Assembly: GCA_000146045.2 (NCBI GenBank)
Contig: BK006949.2
Coordinates: 352,001-416,000, forward strand
Length of the DNA stretch: 64,000 nucleotides
Direction of reading: 5' to 3'
From: TPA_inf: Saccharomyces
Taxonomy: Eukaryota
The notes below the pieces were generated by a model that saw only the letters and a program-made list of their open reading frames with translations, made no database searches and was not told where the DNA came from. The stretch's first letter is position 1; every line of letters starts with the position of its first letter. Below are positions 1 to 11,362 of this stretch, piece by piece. A program made the translations under genes and the position numbers.

Positions 1-275
1 AACTTAGAGGTGAAGTGCTTAGATTCTTGCTCGAAATCTGGATGGTGGTAATCCAAACCAATAATTCTTTTCAAGTTGGCGACAGTGTTCTTGATGTTGG
101 AAGTCTGCTTGTTCTTACCAGTTTCACCCAAGTATCTGTTCTTTGGACCAAAACCAACAACAGATGGGGTGGAACGGTTAGAGACTTCATTAACGACAAT
201 GTCGATACCTCTGTTTCTAGCAACGGCAAGGACAGAGTTATTGTTACCTAAATCTAAACCAAATGGAGTACTCAT
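1..275 (-). CDS. SSE1: HSP110-family Hsp70 nucleotide-exchange factor, N-terminal 91 codons; the remainder runs off the window start
   Basis: Minus-strand translation from the ATG at 275-273 reads [38 protein letters not shown]..., the Hsp70-like N-terminus of Sse1. The frame is open to position 1. Confidence 0.88.
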   Translation of the reverse strand, partial: MSTPFGLDLGNNNSVLAVARNRGIDIVVNEVSNRSTPSVVGFGPKNRYLGETGKNKQTSNIKNTVANLKRIIGLDYHHPDFEQESKHFTSK

Positions 276-862
276 CTTTTAAAGAAATGTTGTTTGTCAA
301 TGTACTTTTTGCTTATGGCTATCGAGGTTAAAAATAAGAATCAGAACTAACTGAGTTATAAGAAGAAAAATCAAGACAGAGGGAGTTTAAAATGGACAGT
401 AACTTTTATCACTAAGGTTATATTGACAAGTAGTGCTCTTTGGAAAAGGAATCTTCTAGAATCATCTTCGTTAAATTTCTTTTTTCATTGCCTTCGAAAA
501 AAAAAAAGAAAAAAAGAAAAGAAATACACGTAACAAATGATTATGCGCTCAACCAACTTAAACACTTCTCATCTCCATTAAGAACCTTCAAACAGACGAT
601 AGATTCGCTAAATGATACGTTCTGCAATTTGAAAAATGTGCTTACCTTTCTCAATTCATGTGGCTTCAAACATTTAATCGATATACTAGCTATAGGTAGT
701 TTGCACACGCTAACATATTATTGTAGCGTTCTTAGTACTGTTATTAGTTATCAAGATATTTAATTTCAATTAATTATACAAATAGATGGGAGTTATACTA
801 GTTAATACATTGAATAGAAGATATACACGCGTAGTAAACAACTACTATGGAACAAAAAGGCT

Positions 863-3412
863 TCAAAATCTTTTTCCTTTCTTTTTACCAACAACTTGAA
901 ATTCCCAGTCTTCGGAACTGCCTTCAGGCATAGCTAATACTTCACTCCAGCTCAAGGGGTCATTAATTTCTTCTTCGCATTCTAGACGTTTTTTGATGAA
1001 ATCAGTGGCAAATCTCCTACCGTCCATTGTTGAACTGTAGGAATATATGGTATCTGCGATAATTTCCTTGGATTCTGAACCTGGGGGCAAGCTAAGTAGC
1101 ATTTCTAAAACATTATCGGGCTGAACACCCGTATTTAGTTTTAATTGGGATCGGCACCATCTCAAAAATTCTTGACGCTTAGAGACAGAAGCGTTACCGG
1201 GATAGGCAGGGATGCGAGACGGTTTAACTTGACGGGCCTTTAAAGTCGGGATACTAGTGGATGAGCCAATTTGTTTACTCTTATCGCTCATTTTAGTTTT
1301 TGTTGCGGTAGATAACCCCCCAGAAGAACGCAGTGTGTCCAAACTGATATATGACTTTGACTGGTTACCAGCGACAGGCATGGTGGAAGCGATGTGGGTT
1401 GTGCTCTTAGAAGAAACCGTGGTCCACGCATTGCTAGTATTCGAAGAGTTCAATGCCGAAGAAGATGGGGAAGGCGTTCTTGAAATGAAATCATCGAGTG
1501 AAGAAGCGCGGTTGAATTTCTTTGTTTTCTTTTGAACTTGTTCCCACAGCTTTTTCTGCTCTTCAATAAAAGTGGAATCTGGTTTAATATCACCATTGTT
1601 GGCCTTGTTAATTTTAGACTGACTGTTAATTTTGGTACTGTCTTTCATCAATTCTCCTTTAATATCAACTTTGATCGGTTGCTGTGGCTTTATACCCCAG
1701 GCAGAACCAGTTTGAGTTTTCGGAATTTGCGCCGAGCTTAATATTTCTTTCTGTAGTTTTAATGCCTGCTCACGATCTAACTGAGTACGATTAGGTTTTT
1801 TTTCTTTCTTGGACGAGTTCTCCTTCTTCAAATCTTCAAGAGCAGATGAAATCTGATTATAAACAGCACCCTCGGGTTTCTTGTTAGCCCAAGGCGCCAA
1901 ATTAGTGGTTATGGAAGTTGCGGTGTTTTCGGAAGATGGAGTTTCTGTATCTCCAGTTAAAATGTTATTTAGCAATTCTTTTTGCTTTTCTTTCTCTAAT
2001 TTTCCTTCTTCCTTCTTCTTCTTTTTTAACTTCTCTTCTTCCTTTTTCTGCTTTTGCTTCAATTTTTTCTCCTTCTTTAATTTGCGCTGTTCTTCTCTTC
2101 TCTTTTTTTCTTCTTCTTGTCTTTGTTGTTCTTCCAATAATTTTTGTGCCATCAGTTCTGCCTTTGCAAACCTTTTCTGCTCTTCAGAAGTCATTTGCGG
2201 CGTATCTTTGCTTTTCGGCTCATCAGCAGTGGATATTACATCCTTACGGTCTACCTCTTCAATCTCTGGTTGAACTTGATCCAATATATTTTGCTCTTTC
2301 TCGCTTCCTCGAGATTCTTCCTCCTGCTTAGTAGGATTTTTGACAATAGATTCCTCTTCATTTGTTATGTTAGAAACAGTTCTGCCCTCTTCTGAAAAAA
2401 CCTCTTGCTCCTCTGGAGAAGCTTCCTCGTGGGAAGGAACCTTCTCTTCATGGGAAGAAGTGGTTTTATTAGATCTACTAGAAGTCGTGGATAGAGGAGC
2501 GGTATATGCAGATATCTTTGGTATGCGATCTACCTTTGTGATATGACGGCCGTCAACCGGAACCCAAACCTGAGTTTCATGATAGTAACTTCCATCTTCA
2601 AATTTAAGGCCAAGGATTTCTTCATACGTAAAATCATCACTATGCACATCAGCAACAGGTATCAAATCTCTTGACTCAACTTTTTGCTTTTCTGATGAAG
2701 TTGGTGCAACAAGTGGAACAGCATTCAAAGCTCTAATAACAATGAAATCAAAGGCGACAAAAGGGTCTTGATAATTATTCACCAGAGTAGTCAATTCACC
2801 TAGTCTAATAAACCGATCATTTACACCAAATGGCTCAGGAGATGTTGCTAATCTACAGATTTGCAAAGTTGGAGTAAAATAACCTCCTTGATACCACTGT
2901 GACATATTATTGGTACCAAAAGGCCCCTGAATGTTACCATTAGAGTCAATGTATTTCCACTGAGATTCTATCCCCGGTGGTGGGGGTTGATTACCAACGT
3001 TGGGGGCAGGCCCTGTTGCGTTGTAGAGATAAGGAGCTACATTTGGAAATGTGCTCGAGGGTTTATTGAGAACGGAAGGGCTGCTGGCGTTCATATGCAG
3101 GTTGGATGATGCTGCACTAAATGCACTATTGTTTTCCTGATTAGCAGATATTTGTAGCGGAGATCCAGTAATTTCAGCGTCATATGCATTGAAGGGAACA
3201 GTACTGGCTCCACTAATCGCATTACTCCCTGGCACAAAAGGAGATGGAACTCTTTGGACGCCAATAGAATCCATAATGGAGGAGGGCCTTTGCAAAAGAG
3301 CCGCATTGTTCATGGTTGGAGTATTGCTATTTGATAATGCAGCAGTGTCTGAGTTCGCGTCTGCAAGTTTAACACTGTGAAGGTCAAACGCTAGAGAGTT
3401 GATAGGATTCAT
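863..3412 (-). CDS. SYH1: GYF-domain protein (849 aa) with a long charged K/E-rich coiled-coil segment
   Basis: The 850-codon track ORF begins with a GTG codon; the true ATG is at 3412-3410 (MNPINSLAFD...). A GYF motif (WKYIDSNGNIQGPFGTNNMSQWYQGGYF) is present. The 849-aa length and gene order (between SSE1 and MSD1) match SYH1/YPL105C. Confidence 0.88.
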   Translation of the reverse strand: MNPINSLAFDLHSVKLADANSDTAALSNSNTPTMNNAALLQRPSSIMDSIGVQRVPSPFVPGSNAISGASTVPFNAYDAEITGSPLQISANQENNSAFSAASSNLHMNASSPSVLNKPSSTFPNVAPYLYNATGPAPNVGNQPPPPGIESQWKYIDSNGNIQGPFGTNNMSQWYQGGYFTPTLQICRLATSPEPFGVNDRFIRLGELTTLVNNYQDPFVAFDFIVIRALNAVPLVAPTSSEKQKVESRDLIPVADVHSDDFTYEEILGLKFEDGSYYHETQVWVPVDGRHITKVDRIPKISAYTAPLSTTSSRSNKTTSSHEEKVPSHEEASPEEQEVFSEEGRTVSNITNEEESIVKNPTKQEEESRGSEKEQNILDQVQPEIEEVDRKDVISTADEPKSKDTPQMTSEEQKRFAKAELMAQKLLEEQQRQEEEKKRREEQRKLKKEKKLKQKQKKEEEKLKKKKKEEGKLEKEKQKELLNNILTGDTETPSSENTATSITTNLAPWANKKPEGAVYNQISSALEDLKKENSSKKEKKPNRTQLDREQALKLQKEILSSAQIPKTQTGSAWGIKPQQPIKVDIKGELMKDSTKINSQSKINKANNGDIKPDSTFIEEQKKLWEQVQKKTKKFNRASSLDDFISRTPSPSSSALNSSNTSNAWTTVSSKSTTHIASTMPVAGNQSKSYISLDTLRSSGGLSTATKTKMSDKSKQIGSSTSIPTLKARQVKPSRIPAYPGNASVSKRQEFLRWCRSQLKLNTGVQPDNVLEMLLSLPPGSESKEIIADTIYSYSSTMDGRRFATDFIKKRLECEEEINDPLSWSEVLAMPEGSSEDWEFQVVGKKKGKRF

Positions 3413-3699
3413 CACTTACTGCCACTGCCAATCTTGTGCAAGCTGTGGCAAAATCGACCTTCTCCATGCGTCCATGGTAAATGAAATGTTTTGCTTTCTT
3501 TTTCGTGCTTGCAAAGTTTGGTAGATGAAATTTCAGAAAGCTACTGCCGTACCAAAGTACAATAATAAGGTGAAAATGGGAGTAGGAAGTAATAGATGGC
3601 ATTGAATGCCTCATTTATTCATTATTCATGTTTTCTTAACATTTTGATTCAGTTGAGTGCATGCTTTTTTGAAAAGACTAAACATTACAAGTTTTAATC

Positions 3700-5676
3700 A
3701 TGTTGGCCCGTTCCAGGGTGTGCTTGCAGACAATCACTAGACGGTTGGCAGACTTTCCAGAAGCCAATGCTATTAAGAAAAAATTTCTCTTTAGGAAGGA
3801 CACCTCGACCATCAAACAGTTAAAAGGACTGTCTAGCGGCCAGAAAATAGTACTCAATGGATGGATAGAGCAGAAGCCAAAAAGAGTTGGGAAAAATTTG
3901 ATCTTCGGACTTTTAAGGGACTCTAACGGTGACATTATCCAGTTGGTTGATAACAAATCGTTGTTGAAAGGCTTTACTTTAGAGGATGTGGTTCAAGCCG
4001 TAGGTATACTCTCTTTGAAGAGGAAGCTATCAAATGAGGACGCAGATGAGTACGAAGTGCAATTGGAGGATATTACTGTGTTAAATGCATCTAATAAAAA
4101 ACCAGCGCAAATGCAGGATTTTAAATTGTCAGCCATATACCCACCTGAGTTCCGCTATTTGCAATTGAGAAATCCCAAATATCAAGATTTTTTAAAGAAG
4201 AGGTCATCTATCTCTAAGGAAATAAGAAACTCCTTCAACAATTTTGATTTTACGGAGGTCGAGACCCCAATGTTATTTAAAGCTACCCCAGAAGGCGCAA
4301 GAGAGTTTCTGGTTCCAACAAGGACAAAGAGATCCGATGGTAAACCATCGTTTTATGCTCTAGATCAGAGCCCTCAACAATACAAGCAACTCTTAATGGC
4401 TAGTGGTGTCAACAAATATTATCAAATGGCAAGGTGCTTTAGAGATGAAGATTTAAGAGCAGACAGGCAGCCTGAGTTTACACAGGTTGATATGGAAATG
4501 GCCTTTGCTAATTCTGAAGATGTCATGAAAATCATAGAAAAGACAGTTTCTGGGGTATGGAGTAAATTTTCCAAAAAACGAGGATTATTGACTTTAGACA
4601 GTAAGGGTACATTAGTGCCTGCGAAAAAGGAAAACGGCACAGTATCTATCTTTCGTATGACCTACGAACAAGCCATGACCTCATATGGTATTGACAAGCC
4701 AGATTTGAGAGCGCCAGATTTGAAGATTATCAATTTAGGCGAGTTCAATGCCTTTAGTCATTTGAACAAAAAATTTCCCGTTTTTGAAGTAATTATTCTA
4801 AGAAGTGCCTTTTCAAATATGGAAGAGTACAAAGAACGATGGTCGTTTCTGACAAATAACAGTAATTACAATTATAGAGTTCCAATAGTGCTACCAATTG
4901 AAAATGACGAACAAGCTAATTCAAATTGGTTTGAGAATTTTCATGCAATTGCCACGTTTGAAAACCCACATCTAATAACCAAATTTCTGAAACTGAAAAA
5001 AGGTGACATTGTATGCGGTTGTACGAGAGAGCCAAACCATTCCATTTTCGAGAATCCTACTCCCCTGGGAAGATTGAGACAGTTGGTGCTACAAAGTGAG
5101 CATGGGAAAAATATCTATCATGCTGTCAATAAGGATGTTGCCTCATGGATTGTGGATTTCCCGTTATTTTCTCCCGTTATAATTGAAGATAAGTCTGGTA
5201 AAAAAGAAAAGCTTGCATATCCGGAGTACGAAAAGGATAGACTATGTTCCACGCATCATCCTTTTACTATGGTGAAGCTTAAAGACTACGAAAAATTAGA
5301 AAAGACGCCGGAAAAGTGCTTGGGTCGGCATTATGACCTCGTAGTTAACGGTGTGGAACTTGGTGGTGGCTCAACAAGAATTCACGATCCAAGATTACAA
5401 GACTATATTTTCGAAGATATCCTCAAAATAGATAATGCATATGAACTATTTGGCCATTTACTGAATGCTTTTGATATGGGAACACCGCCACACGCTGGAT
5501 TTGCTATTGGTTTTGATCGTATGTGCGCTATGATCTGTGAAACTGAGAGTATAAGGGACGTAATCGCCTTCCCAAAAAGTATTACCGGGGCTGATTTGGT
5601 TGTCAAGAGTCCAAGTGTGATACCTGAAAGCATTCTGGAACCTTACAATATCAAGTATAGTAATTCAAAAAAATGA
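3700..5676 (+). CDS. MSD1: mitochondrial aspartyl-tRNA synthetase (658 aa), class II aaRS
   Basis: Full ORF from ATG at 3700. Class II AspRS motifs are present (FRDE, GGGSTRIHD, GFDR). Length and position match YPL104W. Confidence 0.93.
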   Translation: MLARSRVCLQTITRRLADFPEANAIKKKFLFRKDTSTIKQLKGLSSGQKIVLNGWIEQKPKRVGKNLIFGLLRDSNGDIIQLVDNKSLLKGFTLEDVVQAVGILSLKRKLSNEDADEYEVQLEDITVLNASNKKPAQMQDFKLSAIYPPEFRYLQLRNPKYQDFLKKRSSISKEIRNSFNNFDFTEVETPMLFKATPEGAREFLVPTRTKRSDGKPSFYALDQSPQQYKQLLMASGVNKYYQMARCFRDEDLRADRQPEFTQVDMEMAFANSEDVMKIIEKTVSGVWSKFSKKRGLLTLDSKGTLVPAKKENGTVSIFRMTYEQAMTSYGIDKPDLRAPDLKIINLGEFNAFSHLNKKFPVFEVIILRSAFSNMEEYKERWSFLTNNSNYNYRVPIVLPIENDEQANSNWFENFHAIATFENPHLITKFLKLKKGDIVCGCTREPNHSIFENPTPLGRLRQLVLQSEHGKNIYHAVNKDVASWIVDFPLFSPVIIEDKSGKKEKLAYPEYEKDRLCSTHHPFTMVKLKDYEKLEKTPEKCLGRHYDLVVNGVELGGGSTRIHDPRLQDYIFEDILKIDNAYELFGHLLNAFDMGTPPHAGFAIGFDRMCAMICETESIRDVIAFPKSITGADLVVKSPSVIPESILEPYNIKYSNSKK

Positions 5677-5999
5677 GCAGAAGTTGATGTTACCTAGATG
5701 TGAGAGAATCTTAGTGTGGCTGCAGTATGTAGGTTTTTCTTGTAAATATTATACCTATTTTGTTTGCCTTGTATATGAAGAGATGAAATAACAAATCGAT
5801 ATCCATTACTTGAATTGATTTTTTATCAACATTAATTGTAATTTCTTTATAACATCTTATTGGATATCATACGAATGTTTTTAAATTACAAAATCATTAA
5901 ATCATAAAATGTTCAGTGAGTACAATCTCCCAAAGTCTACGTTTACTGTAATTTATCGCTATTTACAGGGACGCTGCAGCTTAAATATTAGCGCCTAAG

Positions 6000-7406
6000 T
6001 TAGTCGAAGCATTCTGTCTTGCCCAATTCTGGACAGTAGCAGCGGTCTTTAAACCCACCCCACTCGGCCAACATTTCTAATTTTTCCTTTGGCTCTAAGA
6101 AATATTCTCCGCTTAATACAAAGGTCCCCCAATGAACGCCTAATACATTTCGAGCTTCTAGATCTTTCATAATCTTGAGAACCTCTTGAGGATTAATATG
6201 TCGTGGTTTTTGGTGCCACTCAGGGCAATACTGACCACATGGAAGCAGCGCTAATTTACAACCTTTGCCAAAGCGTTCTTTAATTCTAACGAATAAATCT
6301 TTCACATATCCAGTGTCACCAGCATGAAAAAGTATGGGATTACCATGGTGTGTTAATAAAAAGGAGCACCATAGAGACTTGTTCGTATCTAAGAGCGATC
6401 TCCCAGACCAATGCATGGCAGGAGTAGCCGATATGTGGTATATCTCATTGTTTTTCTTTACTTGCAAAGTTTCCCACCAAGATAATTCTAGGACATTATC
6501 ACAGCCGTTACTTGTCATATAAGATTTCATTCCTTTAGGTACTATCCATAAGGGAGAGTCTTTGCCACTCCAGTATTCCAAGCTTTCTAAATCCAGGTGA
6601 TCGGGGTGATTATGGGATACAAGGATGATATCTGGTTTGGGCACCTCTGTAATTTGAGATGGCATTTGAGTAATTCTTTTAGGACCCAGGGTCTTGTGGA
6701 TAAGAAAGTCACTGAACAGAGGATCAGTAAGTATCCTCAATCCATTATAAACCGTGTAGTTACAGGACTGGCCCAGCCATGTGTTATAGACTGGGCACTT
6801 TGATCCTTCATTTTCTTCTACTGCAGTCGGTATGTGCAATTCGTCTAACACTTTGCATTCTAGCGGCAATGCCGTTTCCTCTGCGGGGTCGACGTCCACT
6901 AAGTTAGGCCCCCATGTTGGCTTGTGTACAGGCATTAACTTATTCATTTGGTGTACATCACGTGGAATACCTCCCCTATTTCTTTCAAATAATTCGAACA
7001 CTCTATTTGCAAAGAATTCAAAAACGGTCTGAATCCTGTATTCTTCGAACGGGTTCTCAAATCTGCCTAAAACTTCCAAAGGGCTATATTTTAGCAAGGA
7101 TCCCTTATAAGTGACCTCGTTATTATTCTCCTCTAATCTTTGACACATTTCGTTTCTTAAATCAATTTGCTTCACTGTAGCCAATGATACATAAAACGCA
7201 TATCCTGTGTAAGGTACCAAAACAGACAACAGAAGTATACGTGCGTATTTTCTCGAGCATTTTTGTATAGGGCGTGTCTTTTGCGAAGCATGTCTTTTGA
7301 AAGTTGACAATGATGTCTGGGGTCTAAACAGCTCTGATTCTCGTAAACGCACTAGTCTCCTTTGGAGAAGAAGCCTCATCTGAACATGGCAGGTAACAAA
7401 ATTCAT
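6000..7406 (-). CDS. FMP30: mitochondrial metallo-beta-lactamase-fold NAPE-specific phospholipase D (468 aa)
   Basis: The track ORF starts at a GTG three codons upstream; the first ATG is at 7406-7404 (MNFVTCHVQMRLLL...). The HNHPDH metallo-hydrolase motif is present. Length 468 aa matches YPL103C. Confidence 0.88.
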   Translation of the reverse strand: MNFVTCHVQMRLLLQRRLVRLRESELFRPQTSLSTFKRHASQKTRPIQKCSRKYARILLLSVLVPYTGYAFYVSLATVKQIDLRNEMCQRLEENNNEVTYKGSLLKYSPLEVLGRFENPFEEYRIQTVFEFFANRVFELFERNRGGIPRDVHQMNKLMPVHKPTWGPNLVDVDPAEETALPLECKVLDELHIPTAVEENEGSKCPVYNTWLGQSCNYTVYNGLRILTDPLFSDFLIHKTLGPKRITQMPSQITEVPKPDIILVSHNHPDHLDLESLEYWSGKDSPLWIVPKGMKSYMTSNGCDNVLELSWWETLQVKKNNEIYHISATPAMHWSGRSLLDTNKSLWCSFLLTHHGNPILFHAGDTGYVKDLFVRIKERFGKGCKLALLPCGQYCPEWHQKPRHINPQEVLKIMKDLEARNVLGVHWGTFVLSGEYFLEPKEKLEMLAEWGGFKDRCYCPELGKTECFD

Positions 7407-8002
7407 TTGCAACACAAGCAGGCATGCAATCCTTCAGTAATTGGAGTGCTACTGTTCACACCATATTCTCGCTATTCTCGAACTACGTTTTTTTTTTTTT
7501 GTTAAGCATCAGTAGTGAGTCTTCGGGAACTGCTTAACGACAGTAAAGGAAAAAAAAAACTAGCAGCTGTTGATAATATTCAGAAAATGAACGCAGAAGG
7601 AATCATTAGCTAAAAAGTTTATTATTAAAATCAGACATATATCTCATTATAATATTTTTTTTTTATAATACCACCATTTGTTCTCATATAATACTGATAA
7701 ATATCGCATCGAATGGAAAAGACAAATAGGAGGCCGCTATTGTAATTTGGGCCTTAACCTATTTATTCTCTCTCTTTTAATTGATATTTTAATCTTTTTG
7801 AAGCCTACAATGTATTTTGGGCGATAATCAAGGAGAATATCAGTGTCATATACTCACTGTGGTAAATGTATTTCTAAAGTAGTTCCAATTCTTTCTTCAA
7901 AAAAGGCCACTAGACGATGTGCTTTCTTGCACAAGCATTTTGCTGGGCTATCTTCAATAGTGATAATTCTAACTAACTCAAAACCAGATGGCAAGTTCTT
8001 CC

Positions 8003-8305
8003 CTATGGTCGACTTCTCTCAGACGCAATAGTAGCTATGTTATTGATGGCTTTTGACGCCAGACCGGGTAAAGCGCATGGAATGAACTCTAAACTGTTAA
8101 AATAACAAAAACGACATATGAAGATGTCGATGAGGCTGGATAGTTTAGAGATGAGGTGCAGAGAACAACATTGTATAACAAATTCGGCTCCCAAATATCG
8201 CATGTACCATGTCATTTCGTAAAAGAGGTGAAATACTGAACGATAGAGGTAGCGGGCTAAGAGGTCCACTGTTAAGAGGTCCTCCACGAACTTCCTCAAC
8301 GCCAT
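8003..8305 (-). other. dubious 100-codon ORF antisense to the ELP4 5' region and its promoter (YPL102C-like); probably not protein coding
   Basis: A 100-aa ORF overlapping the start of ELP4 on the opposite strand, with a low-complexity hydrophobic translation. This position matches a known dubious ORF. Confidence 0.3.
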
Positions 8306-9579
8306 TGAGGACAGGCAACAGAAGAGCCCCTGGAAATGTGCCCTTGTCTGACACTACAGCGAGATTAAAGAAGTTGAATATTGCGGACGAATCCAAGACA
8401 AAAATGGGGCTGGATAGCTCCCATGTGGGCGTTAGACCTTCTCCTGCAACCTCTCAGCCGACGACATCAACTGGGAGTGCTGACCTGGACAGTATACTAG
8501 GCCATATGGGGCTGCCGCTGGGAAACTCTGTACTAGTAGAGGAGCAGAGCACGACAGAATTTCACTCTATTCTCGGTAAACTGTTTGCCGCACAGGGTAT
8601 CGTTCATAATAGAATTTCAGATAGCAGTGCTGATAAAACTAGAAACGGCGACACTCATGTCATTGTCTTGTCATTGAACCAAATGTTTGCAAAGGAGCTA
8701 CCTGGTATCTACAAGGGATCACGTAAACAAATGAAGAAAAACCTAATCTCTGAAGAAGAATCAAAAGTTACTGTTCAAAATTTGAACGAGACCCAGAGAT
8801 CGACGCCTTCCAGGTACAAAGACCTGAAAATTGCATGGAAATATAAACTGGCAGATGAAAAGAGATTGGGTTCTCCGGATCGAGATGACATCCAACAAAA
8901 TTCTGAGTACAAGGACTACAATCATCAGTTTGATATTACAACGCGTCTGATGCCCGCTCCCATAGCATCTGAACTGACATTTATCGCCCCAACTCAACCT
9001 GTCTCCACTATTTTGAGCCAAATAGAACAGACTATTAAAAGGAATGACAAGAAACTGATAAGAATTGTTATTCCTTCCCTTCTACATCCGGCAATGTATC
9101 CGCCCAAAATGTTTGAATCATCTGAAATAATAGGTTTAATGCACGGTGTGAGGAGTCTTGTCAAGAAATACTATGAGCGGGTTGTACTGTTTGCTTCCAT
9201 ATCCATAGACATTATCACTCCCCCATTACTGGTATTGCTGAGAAACATGTTCGATTCTGTTATCAATCTAGAACCCTTTAACCAGGAGATGACTGAGTTC
9301 TTAGAACGTGTTTATAAATCGCAACCGGGGAAGATTCAACATGGGCTAGTCCACATATTGAAATTACCAGTTTTCACGGACCGTGGAGAGATGAGAGTTT
9401 TAAAGTCTGAATGGGCATTTAAGAATGGCAGAAAAAAGTTTGAAATAGAACAATGGGGCATACCCGTGGATGATGCTGAAGGTTCAGCTGCCTCGGAACA
9501 GTCACATTCACACTCGCACTCGGATGAAATCTCACATAATATACCTGCAAAGAAGACCAAGATATCTTTAGACTATTAA
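8209..9579 (+). CDS. ELP4: Elongator complex subunit 4 (456 aa), RecA-like fold
   Basis: ORF from ATG 8209 (MSFRKRGEILNDRGSGLRGPLLRGPPRTSS...). Length 456 aa and position match YPL101W. C-terminal HSHSHSD tail present. Confidence 0.9.
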   Translation: MSFRKRGEILNDRGSGLRGPLLRGPPRTSSTPLRTGNRRAPGNVPLSDTTARLKKLNIADESKTKMGLDSSHVGVRPSPATSQPTTSTGSADLDSILGHMGLPLGNSVLVEEQSTTEFHSILGKLFAAQGIVHNRISDSSADKTRNGDTHVIVLSLNQMFAKELPGIYKGSRKQMKKNLISEEESKVTVQNLNETQRSTPSRYKDLKIAWKYKLADEKRLGSPDRDDIQQNSEYKDYNHQFDITTRLMPAPIASELTFIAPTQPVSTILSQIEQTIKRNDKKLIRIVIPSLLHPAMYPPKMFESSEIIGLMHGVRSLVKKYYERVVLFASISIDIITPPLLVLLRNMFDSVINLEPFNQEMTEFLERVYKSQPGKIQHGLVHILKLPVFTDRGEMRVLKSEWAFKNGRKKFEIEQWGIPVDDAEGSAASEQSHSHSHSDEISHNIPAKKTKISLDY

Positions 9580-9871
9580 GAATATGGTTCAATTTATGGG
9601 AAATATACGGCATGCTTTTTAACAAGCGTGGTGAATGTATTATTTTTTTATCTGTTATATCTTAAATACGACTATTATATATATATCCATCGTCTTTTTC
9701 CTGACTCTAAGCGGTGGCAGCTGGAAGGTAGAAAAAGGTATCGCCTAGATGTCAAAATATGAAAAAGTGAAATGAATATTAACAAAAAAGGAGCGTGAGC
9801 TGCAGAAAGAATTTGACCAACAAAAGACAATTCCACTCCTTTGGATTTGAAATAGACAGATAGAAAAGGAT

Positions 9872-11362
9872 ATGAAAGTATTACAATTCAATCAAGATGC
9901 AACGTGCTGTGTGGTGGCCGCGTCATCGCATCAGATTTCGATTTTTAACTGCGACCCCTTTGGTAAATGTTTTGAAATTGACACTAAGAATTCCAAGAAG
10001 AAGACTTCAAACAATAACGGTTCAGCTTCAAACTCAGAATCACGGAATAATGAGGAGAGCATATTAATAACTAATGGCTCCCGCGATCGTACTGATGCAG
10101 AAGAAGAGGAAGATAATGAAGATAATGCCCTCGTTACAGGAAATATACTGAAAGAAGGGGAGTTTGTCATTGAAATGTTGTTTTCAACTAGTCTTATTGC
10201 TATTGCAGATAGAGGACAAGGTCTAAACAAAGGAAAAAAGCTGAAGATTGTCAATACAAAGAGAAAATGTACTATTTGTGAAATAGTTTTCCCACATGAA
10301 ATTGTTGATGTGGTCATGAATAGAAAAAGAATGTGCGTACTTCTTGAAAGTGACCAGATATTCATTTATGATATATCTTGTATGAAACCCTTAGAAACTA
10401 TCGATCTTTGGGAAGATCATTATAAGAGGTCCCAAGCCAATTCGTTCTCAAATGCGTCAAATACTGGTACTTTGGAGGGAGATTCTGCAAATTTGAACAG
10501 GGTGGCTACCAATTTACTAGCAAATGCCACTCAAAAAAGTGTGAATGGATCTAATCCTAGTGTAAGAACCAGAAGAAACTCTCTAAGAAGTAAAATAAGG
10601 CCAAGAATGGTTTTAAGTAACGATGATAGAAGTATACTGTGTTTTACTGCGTATAGCTCGCCCAAGAAGAATAAGCCCAATTCAGAAGCACTATATGATG
10701 TAGTGATTTATGACACATTAAATGTGACGCCAGTTAATTACTTGAATTCCGTTCATAAGGGGAATGTTGCATGTTTAGCAGTAAGTCACGATGGTAAACT
10801 GCTTGCTACTGCCTCAGATAAGGGGACCATAATAAGGGTGTTTCATACGGGGGTAGATTCGGACTATATGTCTTCAAGGTCACTGTTTAAAGAATTTAGA
10901 CGGGGTACCAGATTGTGCAATTTGTATCAGCTAGCTTTCGATAAGAGTATGACTATGATTGGATGTGTAGGTGATACGGACACTATTCATCTTTTCAAAC
11001 TTGATGACGCCTCTAATAGCCTCCCTGGAGATAATTCTAGCAATGGCCACTGGAATGAAGAGGAATATATACTAGCATCAAATTCAAATCCCAGTATGGG
11101 AACTCCAAAGGAAATACCTCTCTCGAAACCAAGAATTGCGAATTACTTCTCGAAAAAAATAAAATCTTCAATACCAAACCAGAACCTGAGCCGTAACTTT
11201 GCTTATATAACAGTTAATGAATCGAACAGGAGTTGCTTAGGGTTTCCAGACGAATTTCCCAACCAAGTCTATATTGCCTCTGATGATGGAACCTTCAGTA
11301 TATATAGTATTCCGTCAAAACCTGGTGAATGTGTGCTGACTAAAAATAATAAATTTACATAA
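9872..11362 (+). CDS. ATG21: PROPPIN WD40 phosphoinositide-binding autophagy/Cvt protein (496 aa)
   Basis: ORF from ATG 9872 (MKVLQFNQDATCCVVAASSHQISIFNCDPFGKCFE...). WD-repeat propeller pattern; the FRRG motif is visible as KEFRRGTR. Length 496 aa matches YPL100W. Confidence 0.9.
   Translation: MKVLQFNQDATCCVVAASSHQISIFNCDPFGKCFEIDTKNSKKKTSNNNGSASNSESRNNEESILITNGSRDRTDAEEEEDNEDNALVTGNILKEGEFVIEMLFSTSLIAIADRGQGLNKGKKLKIVNTKRKCTICEIVFPHEIVDVVMNRKRMCVLLESDQIFIYDISCMKPLETIDLWEDHYKRSQANSFSNASNTGTLEGDSANLNRVATNLLANATQKSVNGSNPSVRTRRNSLRSKIRPRMVLSNDDRSILCFTAYSSPKKNKPNSEALYDVVIYDTLNVTPVNYLNSVHKGNVACLAVSHDGKLLATASDKGTIIRVFHTGVDSDYMSSRSLFKEFRRGTRLCNLYQLAFDKSMTMIGCVGDTDTIHLFKLDDASNSLPGDNSSNGHWNEEEYILASNSNPSMGTPKEIPLSKPRIANYFSKKIKSSIPNQNLSRNFAYITVNESNRSCLGFPDEFPNQVYIASDDGTFSIYSIPSKPGECVLTKNNKFT

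Noticed and set aside
440-763. 107-codon plus-strand ORF in the SSE1 / SYH1 intergenic region
   Set aside because: It starts next to an A-rich tract (K-run from AAAAAAAAGAAAAAAAGAAAAG). The location is SSE1 promoter and SYH1 terminator, with no recognisable protein features.
1881-2546. Several 70-140 codon plus-strand ORFs (1881-2273, 1918-2331, 2144-2395, 2340-2546) antisense to SYH1
   Set aside because: They lie opposite the K/E-rich low-complexity segment of SYH1, where the reverse strand is naturally stop-poor (poly-F/L/S translations). These are shadow ORFs, not genes.
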